Assembly (NCBI GenBank): GCA_045629325.1
Contig: JAZQQX010000027.1
Span: forward strand, 11,049-75,048
Direction of reading: 5' to 3'
Source: Bacteroidaceae bacterium
GTDB taxonomy: Bacteria > Bacteroidota > Bacteroidia > Bacteroidales > Bacteroidaceae
Length of the DNA stretch: 64,000 nucleotides
Shown: positions 36,000-45,731 of the stretch, one piece after another
Layout: every line of letters begins with the position of its first letter
Numbering within the stretch: position 1 is the first letter of the stretch
Notes under the pieces: generated by a model
What the model was told of the DNA's origin: nothing
The model's input: only the letters and a program-made list of their open reading frames with translations
The model's database searches: none
Made by a program: the position numbers and the translations under genes

Positions 36000-37329
36000 A
36001 TTCGTAACGAATGTTGTTTGTTGTCACATGGTCGGCACACTCAATGTGTATCGGTTCGTTCTCAGGAGCAGGTACGAATCCTTCGCCTACACGAGGACGG
36101 AGGTCGTAACGGCCACCTTCATAGTCCGTCTTCTTCACTAGGCGAAGGTCGATGTTTTCGAAGTGTATGTCGTGCACCTTTCCCGGTACATCACCCCCTA
36201 CAAAGCAACCATTCTCACCTACACAAGTGATGTTGTTGAAGAATATGCGACTCACCTCGCCACACTTCCCCTCGGTAGCCCCCTTAGGGAAGCGCCATCC
36301 TGCATCCTTGTGGTTGCCAATAGCACGAGGATAACTGGTTACATAGATGGGTTCGGCCTTGCCCCACCATACATCGCTGAAATACTGGCAATCCATGATG
36401 ATATTAGAAAAGATGACATCGGTCACTGTTCCCTCGTCACGGTTTTGAATGCCCAGACCTCGGTTGCTGGCACGGATCACGCAGTTTTCTATGATCACAT
36501 GGCTTATGCTGTCCATATTCTCACTACCAATCTTTATGGCACAAGATCGACCCGTCATGACGCAGTTTGTCACCACGATGTCCTGACATGCACCATATTT
36601 CTCATATTCGCGTCTGTTCTTCAGGCAGATACAGTCATCTCCACTCTCAATGAAGCAATTGGCTATACGAACCTTCTTACTGTGATCAAGGTCGATACCG
36701 TCGCCGTTTCGTATCTTCAGGTTGTTGAGCAGAGATATACCCTCTATCAAAGCATCGTAACACCCCACGAGATGTACGGTCCAGTAAGCCCCTTGACGAA
36801 TGGTGACATCACGGATGGTAAGATGATTTACACCCATCAGGGTCAGTACATGCGGACGAGGATCAAACTTAGGATCTTTCAATTCCTTTAATTCATAACT
36901 ATCCTCCAGCTCGGCCCCCATAAAGGCAATGCCATTACCATCAATTGTTCCTCTACCCGTAATGCTAAGATTTTCAATGCTGTCACACCAAAGCCACATC
37001 ATACCCTCTCCGCGATTCTCGCCGAAAGTGCTTAGTTTATAGATATCCTCATTGGGATTGGCTAATAAAGTTGCATTGATGTCAAGATGGAGATCGATGT
37101 TACTTTTCAGTTGGATAGGTCCCGCCATGAAAGTGTAACCTGTAGGCAGAAGTACCTGTCCACCTCCCTTAGCCGAACATTCATCGATAGCCTTTTGTAT
37201 GGCAACAGCGTCGTCTGTTGTGCCGTCACCTTTGGCTCCAAAGTCCAAAACATTGTACACATTGCCTTTCTCTGCACACCCAACAAAGTTGAGCAAAGTC
37301 AGTATAAGTATGACAATCTTGAATCTCAT
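35989..37329 (-). CDS. Glycoside hydrolase family 28 (polygalacturonase-like), secreted
   Basis: 446 aa. YNVLDFGAKGDGTTDDAVAIQKAID, NGDGIDL, ESGDDCICLK and RGLGIQN are GH28 beta-helix motifs. Confidence 0.88.
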   Translation of the reverse strand: MRFKIVILILTLLNFVGCAEKGNVYNVLDFGAKGDGTTDDAVAIQKAIDECSAKGGGQVLLPTGYTFMAGPIQLKSNIDLHLDINATLLANPNEDIYKLSTFGENRGEGMMWLWCDSIENLSITGRGTIDGNGIAFMGAELEDSYELKELKDPKFDPRPHVLTLMGVNHLTIRDVTIRQGAYWTVHLVGCYDALIEGISLLNNLKIRNGDGIDLDHSKKVRIANCFIESGDDCICLKNRREYEKYGACQDIVVTNCVMTGRSCAIKIGSENMDSISHVIIENCVIRASNRGLGIQNRDEGTVTDVIFSNIIMDCQYFSDVWWGKAEPIYVTSYPRAIGNHKDAGWRFPKGATEGKCGEVSRIFFNNITCVGENGCFVGGDVPGKVHDIHFENIDLRLVKKTDYEGGRYDLRPRVGEGFVPAPENEPIHIECADHVTTNNIRYEYAR

Positions 37330-37354
37330 GCTTTTCGTGGTTTGTAGTGCTCCT

Positions 37355-37732
37355 TTAATCGTAGAGGAAAAATATGCGTTTCATCCCTTGCCACTTCTCG
37401 TCGCTCGTAGCATCTTTGGCACATTGCTGGAAAGCTGATACCGTGGCCTCCCATTCCTCCTGTCGGGGCAGGGTGGCGAGTCGGCTCATGGCTGAGTCCC
37501 AGTCAAAATCGATAGGAGTCTCCACAATCATAAATAGATTGTTGCCGGCTCTATAGATTTCCATCTCCAAGATACCCACTTCGCGGATACCGTCACGGAT
37601 CTCTTTCCAACTATATTCGGGACTATGAAGGCGCTCATATTCAGCGATTAACTCTGGAGCGTCCTTCAACTTCAGGGTTTGACAATATCGTTTTGTAGGT
37701 GTGTCGAATCTTTTTACGGGATATCCTTCCAT
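37355..37732 (-). CDS. rhaM: L-rhamnose mutarotase family protein
   Basis: 125 aa. KRYCQTLKLKD.PELIAEYERLH...VWPEI-like pattern and YRAGNNLFMIVE match the RhaM/DUF718 fold. Confidence 0.75.
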   Translation of the reverse strand: MEGYPVKRFDTPTKRYCQTLKLKDAPELIAEYERLHSPEYSWKEIRDGIREVGILEMEIYRAGNNLFMIVETPIDFDWDSAMSRLATLPRQEEWEATVSAFQQCAKDATSDEKWQGMKRIFFLYD

Positions 37733-37753
37733 GGTATTTTTTACTTATTGTTG

Positions 37754-37761
37754 CAAAGATA
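37754..37761 (-). promoter_or_regulatory. -7 box TATCTTTG (minus strand) for the rhaM-GH28-...-uxuB operon
   Basis: The plus strand reads CAAAGATA, 22 nt upstream of the rhaM ATG. Confidence 0.5.
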
Positions 37762-37855
37762 ATGAATATTTGCATGTAAGTAAAATAATTTACTTATAAT
37801 TTTCTCGTTTGTTCATATATTTTGTATAATGTTTGTACAAATCGCAGTTTATTTA

Positions 37856-37863
37856 TATTTTTG
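37856..37863 (+). promoter_or_regulatory. -7 box TATTTTTG for the GH92 gene
   Basis: Exact TAnnTTTG, 34 nt upstream of the ATG at 37897. Confidence 0.45.
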
Positions 37864-37896
37864 CGTACTTGAATTTGTATTTTCACTACATTGTCT

Positions 37897-40422
37897 ATGC
37901 ATTTGCTCTCAACGATAACACGCTCAAGATTCGGCTTAGCATGCTTGCGTTTCTGCTTAGCGATAGTTATGTTTTACAATGCTTCCTTTCTTTTTGCACA
38001 AGGCAATATGGTTTCGGAAGTTGTGTCTTACTATGTGGATCCCAGGATAGGCAGTGAAGGTCTTGGTCGTGTTTTCGTTGGACCCTGTGTTCCATTTGGC
38101 ATGGTGAAGCCCGGTCCGGACTGTGGTGTTTCCAACAATGCAGGTTGGGCACCAAGTCCAGCAAAAGTATCAGGATTCTCGCAGACTCATGTAAGCGGTA
38201 CGGGAGGTGGTCCGAAGTATGGAAACATCCTTGTCAGACCCTTTAGTGGTCCCGATCAGACGCGAAAAGGTGAATCAATCAAGTTGGGTCTCTACAGATG
38301 CGAATTTGAGGAAAGTGGCATCTCTGCAGAGGTTACAGCATCAAGTCGCACCTCCTTCTATCGCTTTGTCTACCCCGAAGATGTCAAGCCTTATGTAGAG
38401 TTCGATCTTACACACTTCTTGGGACGCAATCCTGTACCAAAATCCCGTGAGGCTCAACAGTTTGAGGGGTCAGACTTAAAGCATCCCAGCGAGAATGAAT
38501 GGACCGGTTGGCAAACCATCAGTGGAGGGTGGAACAACGGCAAACCATATACCGTTTATTTCTACGCCTGTCAGCAGAGAGACGATGATACACTATTGCT
38601 GAAGATCGGTATCTCCTATGTGAGTGAAGAGCAGGCAAAGGCAAATTGCCTGAATGATATCCCTCATTGGGATTTTGACCAAACCTATGATGAGTGTGTT
38701 GCCTTGTGGGAGAAACTACTTACGCGTTTACCTCTTTCACTCTATTCGTCGCGCCAGGTAAAACGCATGTACTATACCGCACTCTACCATATGTGTCTGA
38801 TGCCTACAGAGCGTGAGGATGGTACCTACGATGACTATTATGCCATATGGGATACCTACCGTACTTCCACCCCTTTGCTTACCCTGTTGGCTCCAGAACG
38901 AGCTACAGCTATTGCACAGTCCTTGCTCACCATCTATCAGCGAGAGGGTTTCATGCCCGATGCTCGGAGTGGTAATAGTAATGGTAGGACGCAAGGTGGC
39001 TCGAATGCAGAAATCGTACTCGCTGATGCTTTGGCACGAGGTCTGGATATTGATGCCAATCTCGCCCTTGAAGCCATGATTAAGGACGCAACCGTTGCAC
39101 CTGAAGACGATGAGGCAGAAGGGCGTGGTGGACTGAAGGAGTACAATCAGTATGGCTATATTCCGTACATTATAAACGATCCATCAACTGGAGAGTACAC
39201 CCGTATCCCCCGTGCTGGCAACCGAACGGTAGAATACTCTTTCTGTGATTGGGCCATTGCCCAAGTAGCCAAACGAGTAGGTGAGGATGCACTCTACGAA
39301 CAGTATATGAAACAGAGCGAACGCTGGAAAAATCTCTGGCGAGCAGATTACAAACACAAGGGTACGACAGGATTCATCATGCCACGCGATGAGCAGGGAG
39401 AATGGCTTGACAGTCTGCCATATGGTCACAGCAAAGTGCGCCGTCTGCTATTCCCCTATACGCCCGATGTGAGTTATGAAGGACCGTGGTACTGTAAGTG
39501 GTGGGATTGTTTTATGTACGAGGCTTCCTCGTGGGAATATTCTTTTGCCATACCACATGACATTCCCGGTTTGATTGAACTGTGTGGAGGTAAAGAGGCT
39601 TTTGAGGCGAGACTTGATAAATTCTTTGAAAATGGGTATTATAATGTAGCCAATGAACCTTCTTTCCTCACTCCTATGCTCTTTCATTGGGTAGGAAAAC
39701 CCGAGAAGTCCTCGGCTCTCATCAAGCGGATTATTGAGGAGAATTTCAGTGACCGCCCTGATGGACTTCCTGGGAACGACGATGGAGGAGCTATGAGTTC
39801 ATGGTTGGCCTGCCATCTTTTGGGTAAGTATCCCTTGGCAGGCACGGATCAGTGGATTGAATATGAACCGTTGTCCGAATCTGTCGTTATTCCCGAACCG
39901 GAATATGAAGAGTCGGTTAATCCCGAATCATCTACAGGCAAAATCTTGAGTCAGTACACTCACATCCTGAAATTCTCGCTTCATGGACAGACGCGTAAAT
40001 TCTATGTGAAACAATCGTCTAATCCCCAGAGTGAAAATATTAGATGGACTATATTGCGCAACCTCAAATGGTGGACGGGTAATTATAAAATGTCGCGCAT
40101 TGCTATGGATGAAGGTCGTAAACTCTGTTATGTCCAACCTCTTGACAAGCAAAACCTAACACTGGACGATGACGAACTCTTCTGTATGGTTTCACGCAAG
40201 GTTTTGAAAGAAATCCGCTCGAAAGGTTCTTGTGATTTTGACTGTACAAGTTGGAAAGTTGTTGACAAAACAAAGATTGCACTCAAGTTGATTCAATATC
40301 ATCTAACTTCGGTTGAGGGTGCTGAGATGTGGGTGAACGGTGATCCTTTTGCTCCCTATATTGTAAGAATGAAAAACAATCCTGCCGAGATAGATTGGGA
40401 ATGGACCCGTATTGACGAATAA
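37897..40422 (+). CDS. Glycoside hydrolase family 92 (alpha-mannosidase-like) with divergent C-terminal ~190 aa
   Basis: VDPRIGSEG..GPCVPFGMVKPGPD, GFSQTHVSGTGGG and GLPGNDDGGAMSSW are GH92 signature regions. The ATG at 37897 is preferred over the tracked TTG at 37891. Confidence 0.8.
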   Translation: MHLLSTITRSRFGLACLRFCLAIVMFYNASFLFAQGNMVSEVVSYYVDPRIGSEGLGRVFVGPCVPFGMVKPGPDCGVSNNAGWAPSPAKVSGFSQTHVSGTGGGPKYGNILVRPFSGPDQTRKGESIKLGLYRCEFEESGISAEVTASSRTSFYRFVYPEDVKPYVEFDLTHFLGRNPVPKSREAQQFEGSDLKHPSENEWTGWQTISGGWNNGKPYTVYFYACQQRDDDTLLLKIGISYVSEEQAKANCLNDIPHWDFDQTYDECVALWEKLLTRLPLSLYSSRQVKRMYYTALYHMCLMPTEREDGTYDDYYAIWDTYRTSTPLLTLLAPERATAIAQSLLTIYQREGFMPDARSGNSNGRTQGGSNAEIVLADALARGLDIDANLALEAMIKDATVAPEDDEAEGRGGLKEYNQYGYIPYIINDPSTGEYTRIPRAGNRTVEYSFCDWAIAQVAKRVGEDALYEQYMKQSERWKNLWRADYKHKGTTGFIMPRDEQGEWLDSLPYGHSKVRRLLFPYTPDVSYEGPWYCKWWDCFMYEASSWEYSFAIPHDIPGLIELCGGKEAFEARLDKFFENGYYNVANEPSFLTPMLFHWVGKPEKSSALIKRIIEENFSDRPDGLPGNDDGGAMSSWLACHLLGKYPLAGTDQWIEYEPLSESVVIPEPEYEESVNPESSTGKILSQYTHILKFSLHGQTRKFYVKQSSNPQSENIRWTILRNLKWWTGNYKMSRIAMDEGRKLCYVQPLDKQNLTLDDDELFCMVSRKVLKEIRSKGSCDFDCTSWKVVDKTKIALKLIQYHLTSVEGAEMWVNGDPFAPYIVRMKNNPAEIDWEWTRIDE

Positions 40423-40474
40423 ATTACCTTAAAACCTTTCCTTGCTTTTTTCGCAAGGCTTAATTTTTATCATC

Positions 40475-42805
40475 ATGAGAAAACTCTTTATCTTGATACT
40501 TTTGTTTTTTAGCACTCAGGTCTTTGCTCATCCCCTTACTGGACTGCTCGAACGCATCGATCCTGGAGCCTCTAAGCGCATAGCCCTAGAGGTCAAAACA
40601 GACAAGTCTGGTAGGGACTATTTTGAGTTAGACCAGAAAGGAAATAAACCTCTCATACGTGCTAATAACTATGTCAATGCGGCCGTTGGCTTAAACTGGT
40701 ACTTGAAGTACTATTGTGGCATCCATCTCTCCTGGAATCAGATGCGTGCCAACCTGCCTGCCGAGCTCCCCAAGGTGGAGAAGACGGAGCGCCACGAGAC
40801 CGATCTTACCTTGCGCTACGATTTCAATTATTGCACCTTCTCTTACTCCATGCCCTTCTGGGACTGGTCGCGCTGGGAGACGGAGATAGACTGGATGGCC
40901 TTGCATGGCATCAACATGCCTTTGGCGGCTGTGGGTACCGAGTGTATCTGGCGCAATATACTCCTCCGCCTCGGCTATACGGAGGATGAGGTGGGACAGT
41001 TCATCGCCGGCCCTGCCTTCCTGGCATGGTGGGAGATGAACAACCTCGAAGGGTGGGGTGGCCCCCTGCCTATCAACTGGTACCGTCAGCAGGAAGCCTT
41101 GCAGAAGAAGATCGTACAGCGCATGAAGGAGTATGGCATGCATCCCGTACTGCCTGGTTACAGTGGCATGGTACCCAGCAAATTGAAAAATGAGAATGGC
41201 AAATTGAAAGACGGTGACGCCCTGGAAGATACAGGTGAATCTTCGCAGTCTTCCTTGGATCTCTGGAATGGCTTCACCCGTCCCGGCGTGCTCTATCCCG
41301 GTGACTCCCGTTTCGACGAGTGGGCACGCCTCTACTATGAGGAGGCAACCAAGCTCTTCGGCAAGGCCGACTATTATAGCATGGACCCCTTCCATGAGGC
41401 TAAGAATCTGCCGAAGGACCTCAATATCGGTGAAGCGGGCAAGGAGATCATGCGTGCCATGAAGGAGTATGGCAACCCTAAGGCCAAGTGGGTCTTGCAA
41501 GGATGGAGTGAGAACCCACGCGACGAGATGATCATGGCCATAGAACCTGGCGATCTGCTCATCCTTGACCTTTTCAGCGAGTGTCGTCCCCAGTATGGCG
41601 ACCCCAATAGCGTGTGGTATCGTCCCGAAGGATACAGAGGTCACGACTGGCTCTTCTGCATGTTGGAGAATTTTGGTGCCAATGTGGGTTTGCATGGACG
41701 CATGGACCAGCTCATCAACAACTTCTACAATGCGCGTGAGCACTATGCCGAGCACATGAAGGGCTGGGGCTTCACGATGGAGGGTAGCGAGACCAATCCT
41801 GTGATGTACGAGTTGATGAGCGAACTGCCTTGGCGTAACGAAAGAATCCAGAAGTACAATTGGGTGGCGGAATATGGTCTGGCTCGATATGGCATAGCAC
41901 CCCGATGCTATGATCCTGGTACGGCAGATCTTCCGACACAGGATTGTGTGTTGAAAATAGATATGTCATGGGATCTCCTAGCCGATTGTATCCTCAATTG
42001 CCCTCAGGGCAACAATCAGCAGGGCCCCAGCGAGAGTATCTTCTGCAGCCGTCCCTCTCTGGATAGTTACCAAGCCTCCTCGTGGTCCAAGATGACACCC
42101 TATTATGACCCCAACACAACCTTGCAGGCTGCATTTCTTCTTCTACAGTGTGCAGACCAATTGAAGGGTAATGGCAACTATGAGTACGACTTGGTGGACG
42201 TTTGCCGTCAGGCCATTGCCGATAGGGCTCGTGTGGTCTACCATCAGTTGGTGGCCGACTTCAAGAGCTTTGATCAGGACTCTTTTAGAAAGCATAAGTG
42301 TGAGTTCCTTGATCTTCTCCTCTCACAGGATAGTCTCCTGGCCACCCGGTCTGAGTTTCGTGTGGGGCGTTGGCTGGAGCAGGCTAAGAGCGTAGCCGCC
42401 AATGACGAGGAGGCCAGACTCTATGAGTGGAATGCCCGTGTGCAGATCACCACTTGGGGCAATCGCTATTGTGCAGACACCGGCAAGCTCCGCGACTATG
42501 CACATAAAGAATGGGAAGGCCTCCTCCGAGACTTCTACTATCCACGCTGGAATCACTATCTCGGCATCCTCGAAGACGAACTACGTGGTAAGCTACCCAT
42601 GTTGCCAGTGGGTAACTCTTCTCAGCTCAAGAGTGCCCAGGACAATCCTGCGCTCACGGTCGACTGGTACGCCATGGAAGAACCCTGGACTCTCCTGCAA
42701 AATCTCTATGCCTCAGAGTCCGAAGGCGACCCCATCACTGTGGCCAATCGCATTATCTCTCGAATCTTAAAAGACTTATTAAACCAATATGAGCACATCT
42801 TCTAA
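40475..42805 (+). CDS. Alpha-N-acetylglucosaminidase, GH89 (NAGLU-like), secreted
   Basis: Signal peptide MRKLFILILLFFSTQVFA. NAAVGLNWYLKYYCG..SWN, MALHGINMPLA and AFLAWWEMNNLEGWGGPL match NAGLU. Confidence 0.88.
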   Translation: MRKLFILILLFFSTQVFAHPLTGLLERIDPGASKRIALEVKTDKSGRDYFELDQKGNKPLIRANNYVNAAVGLNWYLKYYCGIHLSWNQMRANLPAELPKVEKTERHETDLTLRYDFNYCTFSYSMPFWDWSRWETEIDWMALHGINMPLAAVGTECIWRNILLRLGYTEDEVGQFIAGPAFLAWWEMNNLEGWGGPLPINWYRQQEALQKKIVQRMKEYGMHPVLPGYSGMVPSKLKNENGKLKDGDALEDTGESSQSSLDLWNGFTRPGVLYPGDSRFDEWARLYYEEATKLFGKADYYSMDPFHEAKNLPKDLNIGEAGKEIMRAMKEYGNPKAKWVLQGWSENPRDEMIMAIEPGDLLILDLFSECRPQYGDPNSVWYRPEGYRGHDWLFCMLENFGANVGLHGRMDQLINNFYNAREHYAEHMKGWGFTMEGSETNPVMYELMSELPWRNERIQKYNWVAEYGLARYGIAPRCYDPGTADLPTQDCVLKIDMSWDLLADCILNCPQGNNQQGPSESIFCSRPSLDSYQASSWSKMTPYYDPNTTLQAAFLLLQCADQLKGNGNYEYDLVDVCRQAIADRARVVYHQLVADFKSFDQDSFRKHKCEFLDLLLSQDSLLATRSEFRVGRWLEQAKSVAANDEEARLYEWNARVQITTWGNRYCADTGKLRDYAHKEWEGLLRDFYYPRWNHYLGILEDELRGKLPMLPVGNSSQLKSAQDNPALTVDWYAMEEPWTLLQNLYASESEGDPITVANRIISRILKDLLNQYEHIF

Positions 42806-43898
42806 ACGACTTCTTTCTCTCGATGTACTTCGTGGTCTCACTGTTTTCGGAATGATTCTTGTAAACAACGGTGCTGGACATGAACATTTCTATCCTTTGA
42901 CCCACTCTGCTTGGAATGGTTTGACTCCCTGTGACCTTATCTTTCCATTCTTCCTTTTTATGGTTGGCCTGAGTATTCCTATGTCCAATCGAACAGATGT
43001 GCGTCGCATCGTTTGGCGTAGTGTCAAGATGTTTGTGCTCGGTGTGGCACTTCATGCCTGGGATATGTGGATTGGTGGCAAGGAAGACATCATCGGCAAT
43101 CTTCGTCTTTGGGGTGTGTTGGAGCGTATTGCCTTATGCTATCTTGCTGTGGGTGTTTTTCATCATTATGTCAAACCTGCGAGCCATTATATTAATATAA
43201 TGTGGGGAACAATCATCGCCCTGCTTGTGGGGTATGGTGTTGTTCTTTTGGTTGGAAATGGTTATGCCCAGGATGAGACCAATATAGCGTGCATCATCGA
43301 CCGTTGGTTGGTGGGTGAGGCACATCTCTATCATAAGAGTCCTATCGATCCTGAAGGTTTGTTGGGTACCCTTCCTTCCATCGCTCATACAATGATTGGA
43401 CTATATGTTGGTTGGATTGTCAAACAACAGACATCGCTTTCCAATCGTCTGATCCAACTCTTTTCTCTGGCATCCTGCCTCATTCTCTTTGGATATCTCA
43501 TATCTTTCGGCTTGCCTCTCAACAAGCGTATATGGTCACCATCGTATGTATTAGTTACCTGTGGTTTCGCCTCTTCGCTTTTAGGTTTGCTCATTCTCTG
43601 TGTGGATTCAGAAGGAATCTCCAAAGATAAATCATCTGCCTTCCTTTTACATTTGAAGAATGGATTGTTCCAAATCTTCACCTTCTTTGGACTCAATGCC
43701 ATTGCTTTGTATGTGATTAGTGAGATGCTTGCTCCGGTGATGGGGTATTTCGGGGTGGGGGATGCAATGAGTTCATGGCTTATTGATTGTGGTCTTTCTC
43801 CTCAATTCTCCTCTCTTTGCTATGCGCTCTCCTTTGACCTTCTTATGACATTGATAGCATGGTTGATGTATAGGCGTCGTCTTTTCATTAAGTTGTAA
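42789..43898 (+). CDS. Polytopic membrane acyltransferase, heparan-alpha-glucosaminide N-acetyltransferase (HGSNAT)-like, DUF5009/DUF1624
   Basis: 369 aa with N-terminal RLLSLDVLRGLTVFGMILVNN and about 10 TM segments. The start overlaps the GH89 stop by 17 nt. Confidence 0.75.
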   Translation: MSTSSKRLLSLDVLRGLTVFGMILVNNGAGHEHFYPLTHSAWNGLTPCDLIFPFFLFMVGLSIPMSNRTDVRRIVWRSVKMFVLGVALHAWDMWIGGKEDIIGNLRLWGVLERIALCYLAVGVFHHYVKPASHYINIMWGTIIALLVGYGVVLLVGNGYAQDETNIACIIDRWLVGEAHLYHKSPIDPEGLLGTLPSIAHTMIGLYVGWIVKQQTSLSNRLIQLFSLASCLILFGYLISFGLPLNKRIWSPSYVLVTCGFASSLLGLLILCVDSEGISKDKSSAFLLHLKNGLFQIFTFFGLNAIALYVISEMLAPVMGYFGVGDAMSSWLIDCGLSPQFSSLCYALSFDLLMTLIAWLMYRRRLFIKL

Positions 43899-43974
43899 GA
43901 CTTGGAGCAGGTTGTCAATTATGGCGTGCCTGACATAAATTGTACATTTATTTGCAACTCTTATTATATTATTG

Positions 43975-43982
43975 TATCTTTG
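43975..43982 (+). promoter_or_regulatory. -7 box TATCTTTG for the acyl-CoA ligase gene
   Basis: Exact TAnnTTTG, 33 nt upstream of the ATG at 44015. Confidence 0.5.
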
Positions 43983-44014
43983 CGAAACCAAAACAATATT
44001 TTTGCTGATAATAT

Positions 44015-45700
44015 ATGGAAAACTGGAAGAATGAAGGAATCATCGCTACAGAGAGTATGATTAAGCGATTTGAGTGTGTATTTCGTACGGCTTGGGACCA
44101 ACCTGCCCTTAGCAACTTCGGTACCTCCCTCACTTATACTTATGGAGATGTGGCCACTCGCATCGCCTACTATCATATTCTTTTCAAGGAGATGGGGTTG
44201 AAGCCTGGTGATAAGATTGCCTTGTGTGATAAGAATAGTGCCAACTGGGCACTCACGATGCTTGCTATCACAACCTACCACGCTGTTTCTGTTCCTTTGC
44301 TTCCTGATTTCAGTGAAAAGCAGATTGCTTCGCTTTGTGAGCATAGTGAAGCAAAGGTTCTTGTTTGTGGTAAGAAGTTGATTGGTGTGCTTTCTCAGTG
44401 TGACTGTAATATGCAACTTCTTGATATAGATGTAGTTCCTACTCTTGACGAGAAACTGTATGAGGCAGAAACGGATAAAGACCTTGCTGAGGTTTTGATT
44501 CGTGCACTGCATGTCTACCACAAGACTTATCCTGCAGGTTTACAGAAAGAGGATGTACAGTACGAGGCTGAAAATCCCGAGGATTTGATGTTGCTGAGTT
44601 ATACCAGTGGTAGTACGGGTAATCCTAAGGGAGTAATGTTGCCTTTCCGTTCTATATGGTCGAACAATACTTTTGCCATTGAGAAACTGCCTATCTATGA
44701 CAATTCTCGCTATTTCGTAGTGTTACCTATGGCGCATATGTTCGGTTTTTCATTCGACTTTCTTTTTTCTGTATGTAAGGCTTCTCATGCTACCATTCTC
44801 ACTAAGGCACCTGTTCCCAAAGTACTACTTGAAGCTTTTAAGACTGTTCGTCCTCATGTGTTCCTCTGTGTGCCCTTGGTGATGGAGAAGATTATCAATG
44901 GAAAGGTGCGTCCCGTTTTGGAAAAGCCTCTTATGAAATGTTTACTCAAGGTGCCAGGCATTCGTCAGGTAATACTTTCGAAGGTTCGCAAGCAACTTAT
45001 TGAAGCGCTTGGTGGTGAGGTCTATGAGGTAATCATGGGCGGAGCTGCTTTGAGTAAGGAGGTAGAGAATATCCTTCGAATGGTCAAGTTCCCTTATACT
45101 GTGGGCTATGGTATGACTGAGAGCGGTCCTCTGCTTTCGTATGTGGATTGGCATAACACTCGTTTTGGTTCTTGTGGTCAGGCTGTGGATCGTGTCGAGA
45201 TGAAGGTGTTGAGTTCGGATCAAGAGAATGTGCCCGGAGAGATTGTTGTTAGGGGTATGAATGTGATGACCGGTTATTACAAAAACCCCGAAGCTACAGC
45301 TGAAGCTATTGATGAAGAGGGATGGCTACATACGGGAGACTTGGGTGTGATTGACCGTGACGGTTTCCTGTATATCCGTGGTCGTAAGAAGAATATGCTC
45401 CTGAGTAGTAACGGTCAAAATATCTATCCTGAAGAAATTGAAGACCAGATGGTTAGTCATAGTGTCTTCGATGAGTGTGTAGTTGTTCAGCGCAATGCTA
45501 AACTTGTTGCTCTGGTCTATGCTAATGACCTTACTCTGCAGTCGTTGGGACAAACTCGCGAGTCTCTTGATTTGGAGACAATACGAGCAGAGGTGAACCG
45601 CACTTTGCCTAAGTATTGCCAGATTGCTGAAATCGAACAGCGAGCTGAAGAATTTGAAAAGACACCAAAGAAGAGTATTCGCCGTTTCCTTTACCAATAA
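44015..45700 (+). CDS. Long-chain fatty acid--CoA ligase (AMP-binding enzyme)
   Basis: 561 aa. Contains LSYTSGSTGNPKGVML (AMP-binding motif), GYGMTE and GWLHTGDLG. Confidence 0.88.
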   Translation: MENWKNEGIIATESMIKRFECVFRTAWDQPALSNFGTSLTYTYGDVATRIAYYHILFKEMGLKPGDKIALCDKNSANWALTMLAITTYHAVSVPLLPDFSEKQIASLCEHSEAKVLVCGKKLIGVLSQCDCNMQLLDIDVVPTLDEKLYEAETDKDLAEVLIRALHVYHKTYPAGLQKEDVQYEAENPEDLMLLSYTSGSTGNPKGVMLPFRSIWSNNTFAIEKLPIYDNSRYFVVLPMAHMFGFSFDFLFSVCKASHATILTKAPVPKVLLEAFKTVRPHVFLCVPLVMEKIINGKVRPVLEKPLMKCLLKVPGIRQVILSKVRKQLIEALGGEVYEVIMGGAALSKEVENILRMVKFPYTVGYGMTESGPLLSYVDWHNTRFGSCGQAVDRVEMKVLSSDQENVPGEIVVRGMNVMTGYYKNPEATAEAIDEEGWLHTGDLGVIDRDGFLYIRGRKKNMLLSSNGQNIYPEEIEDQMVSHSVFDECVVVQRNAKLVALVYANDLTLQSLGQTRESLDLETIRAEVNRTLPKYCQIAEIEQRAEEFEKTPKKSIRRFLYQ

Positions 45701-45731
45701 TGTAGTGTATTCGTTGTCTCTTTCATAGATA

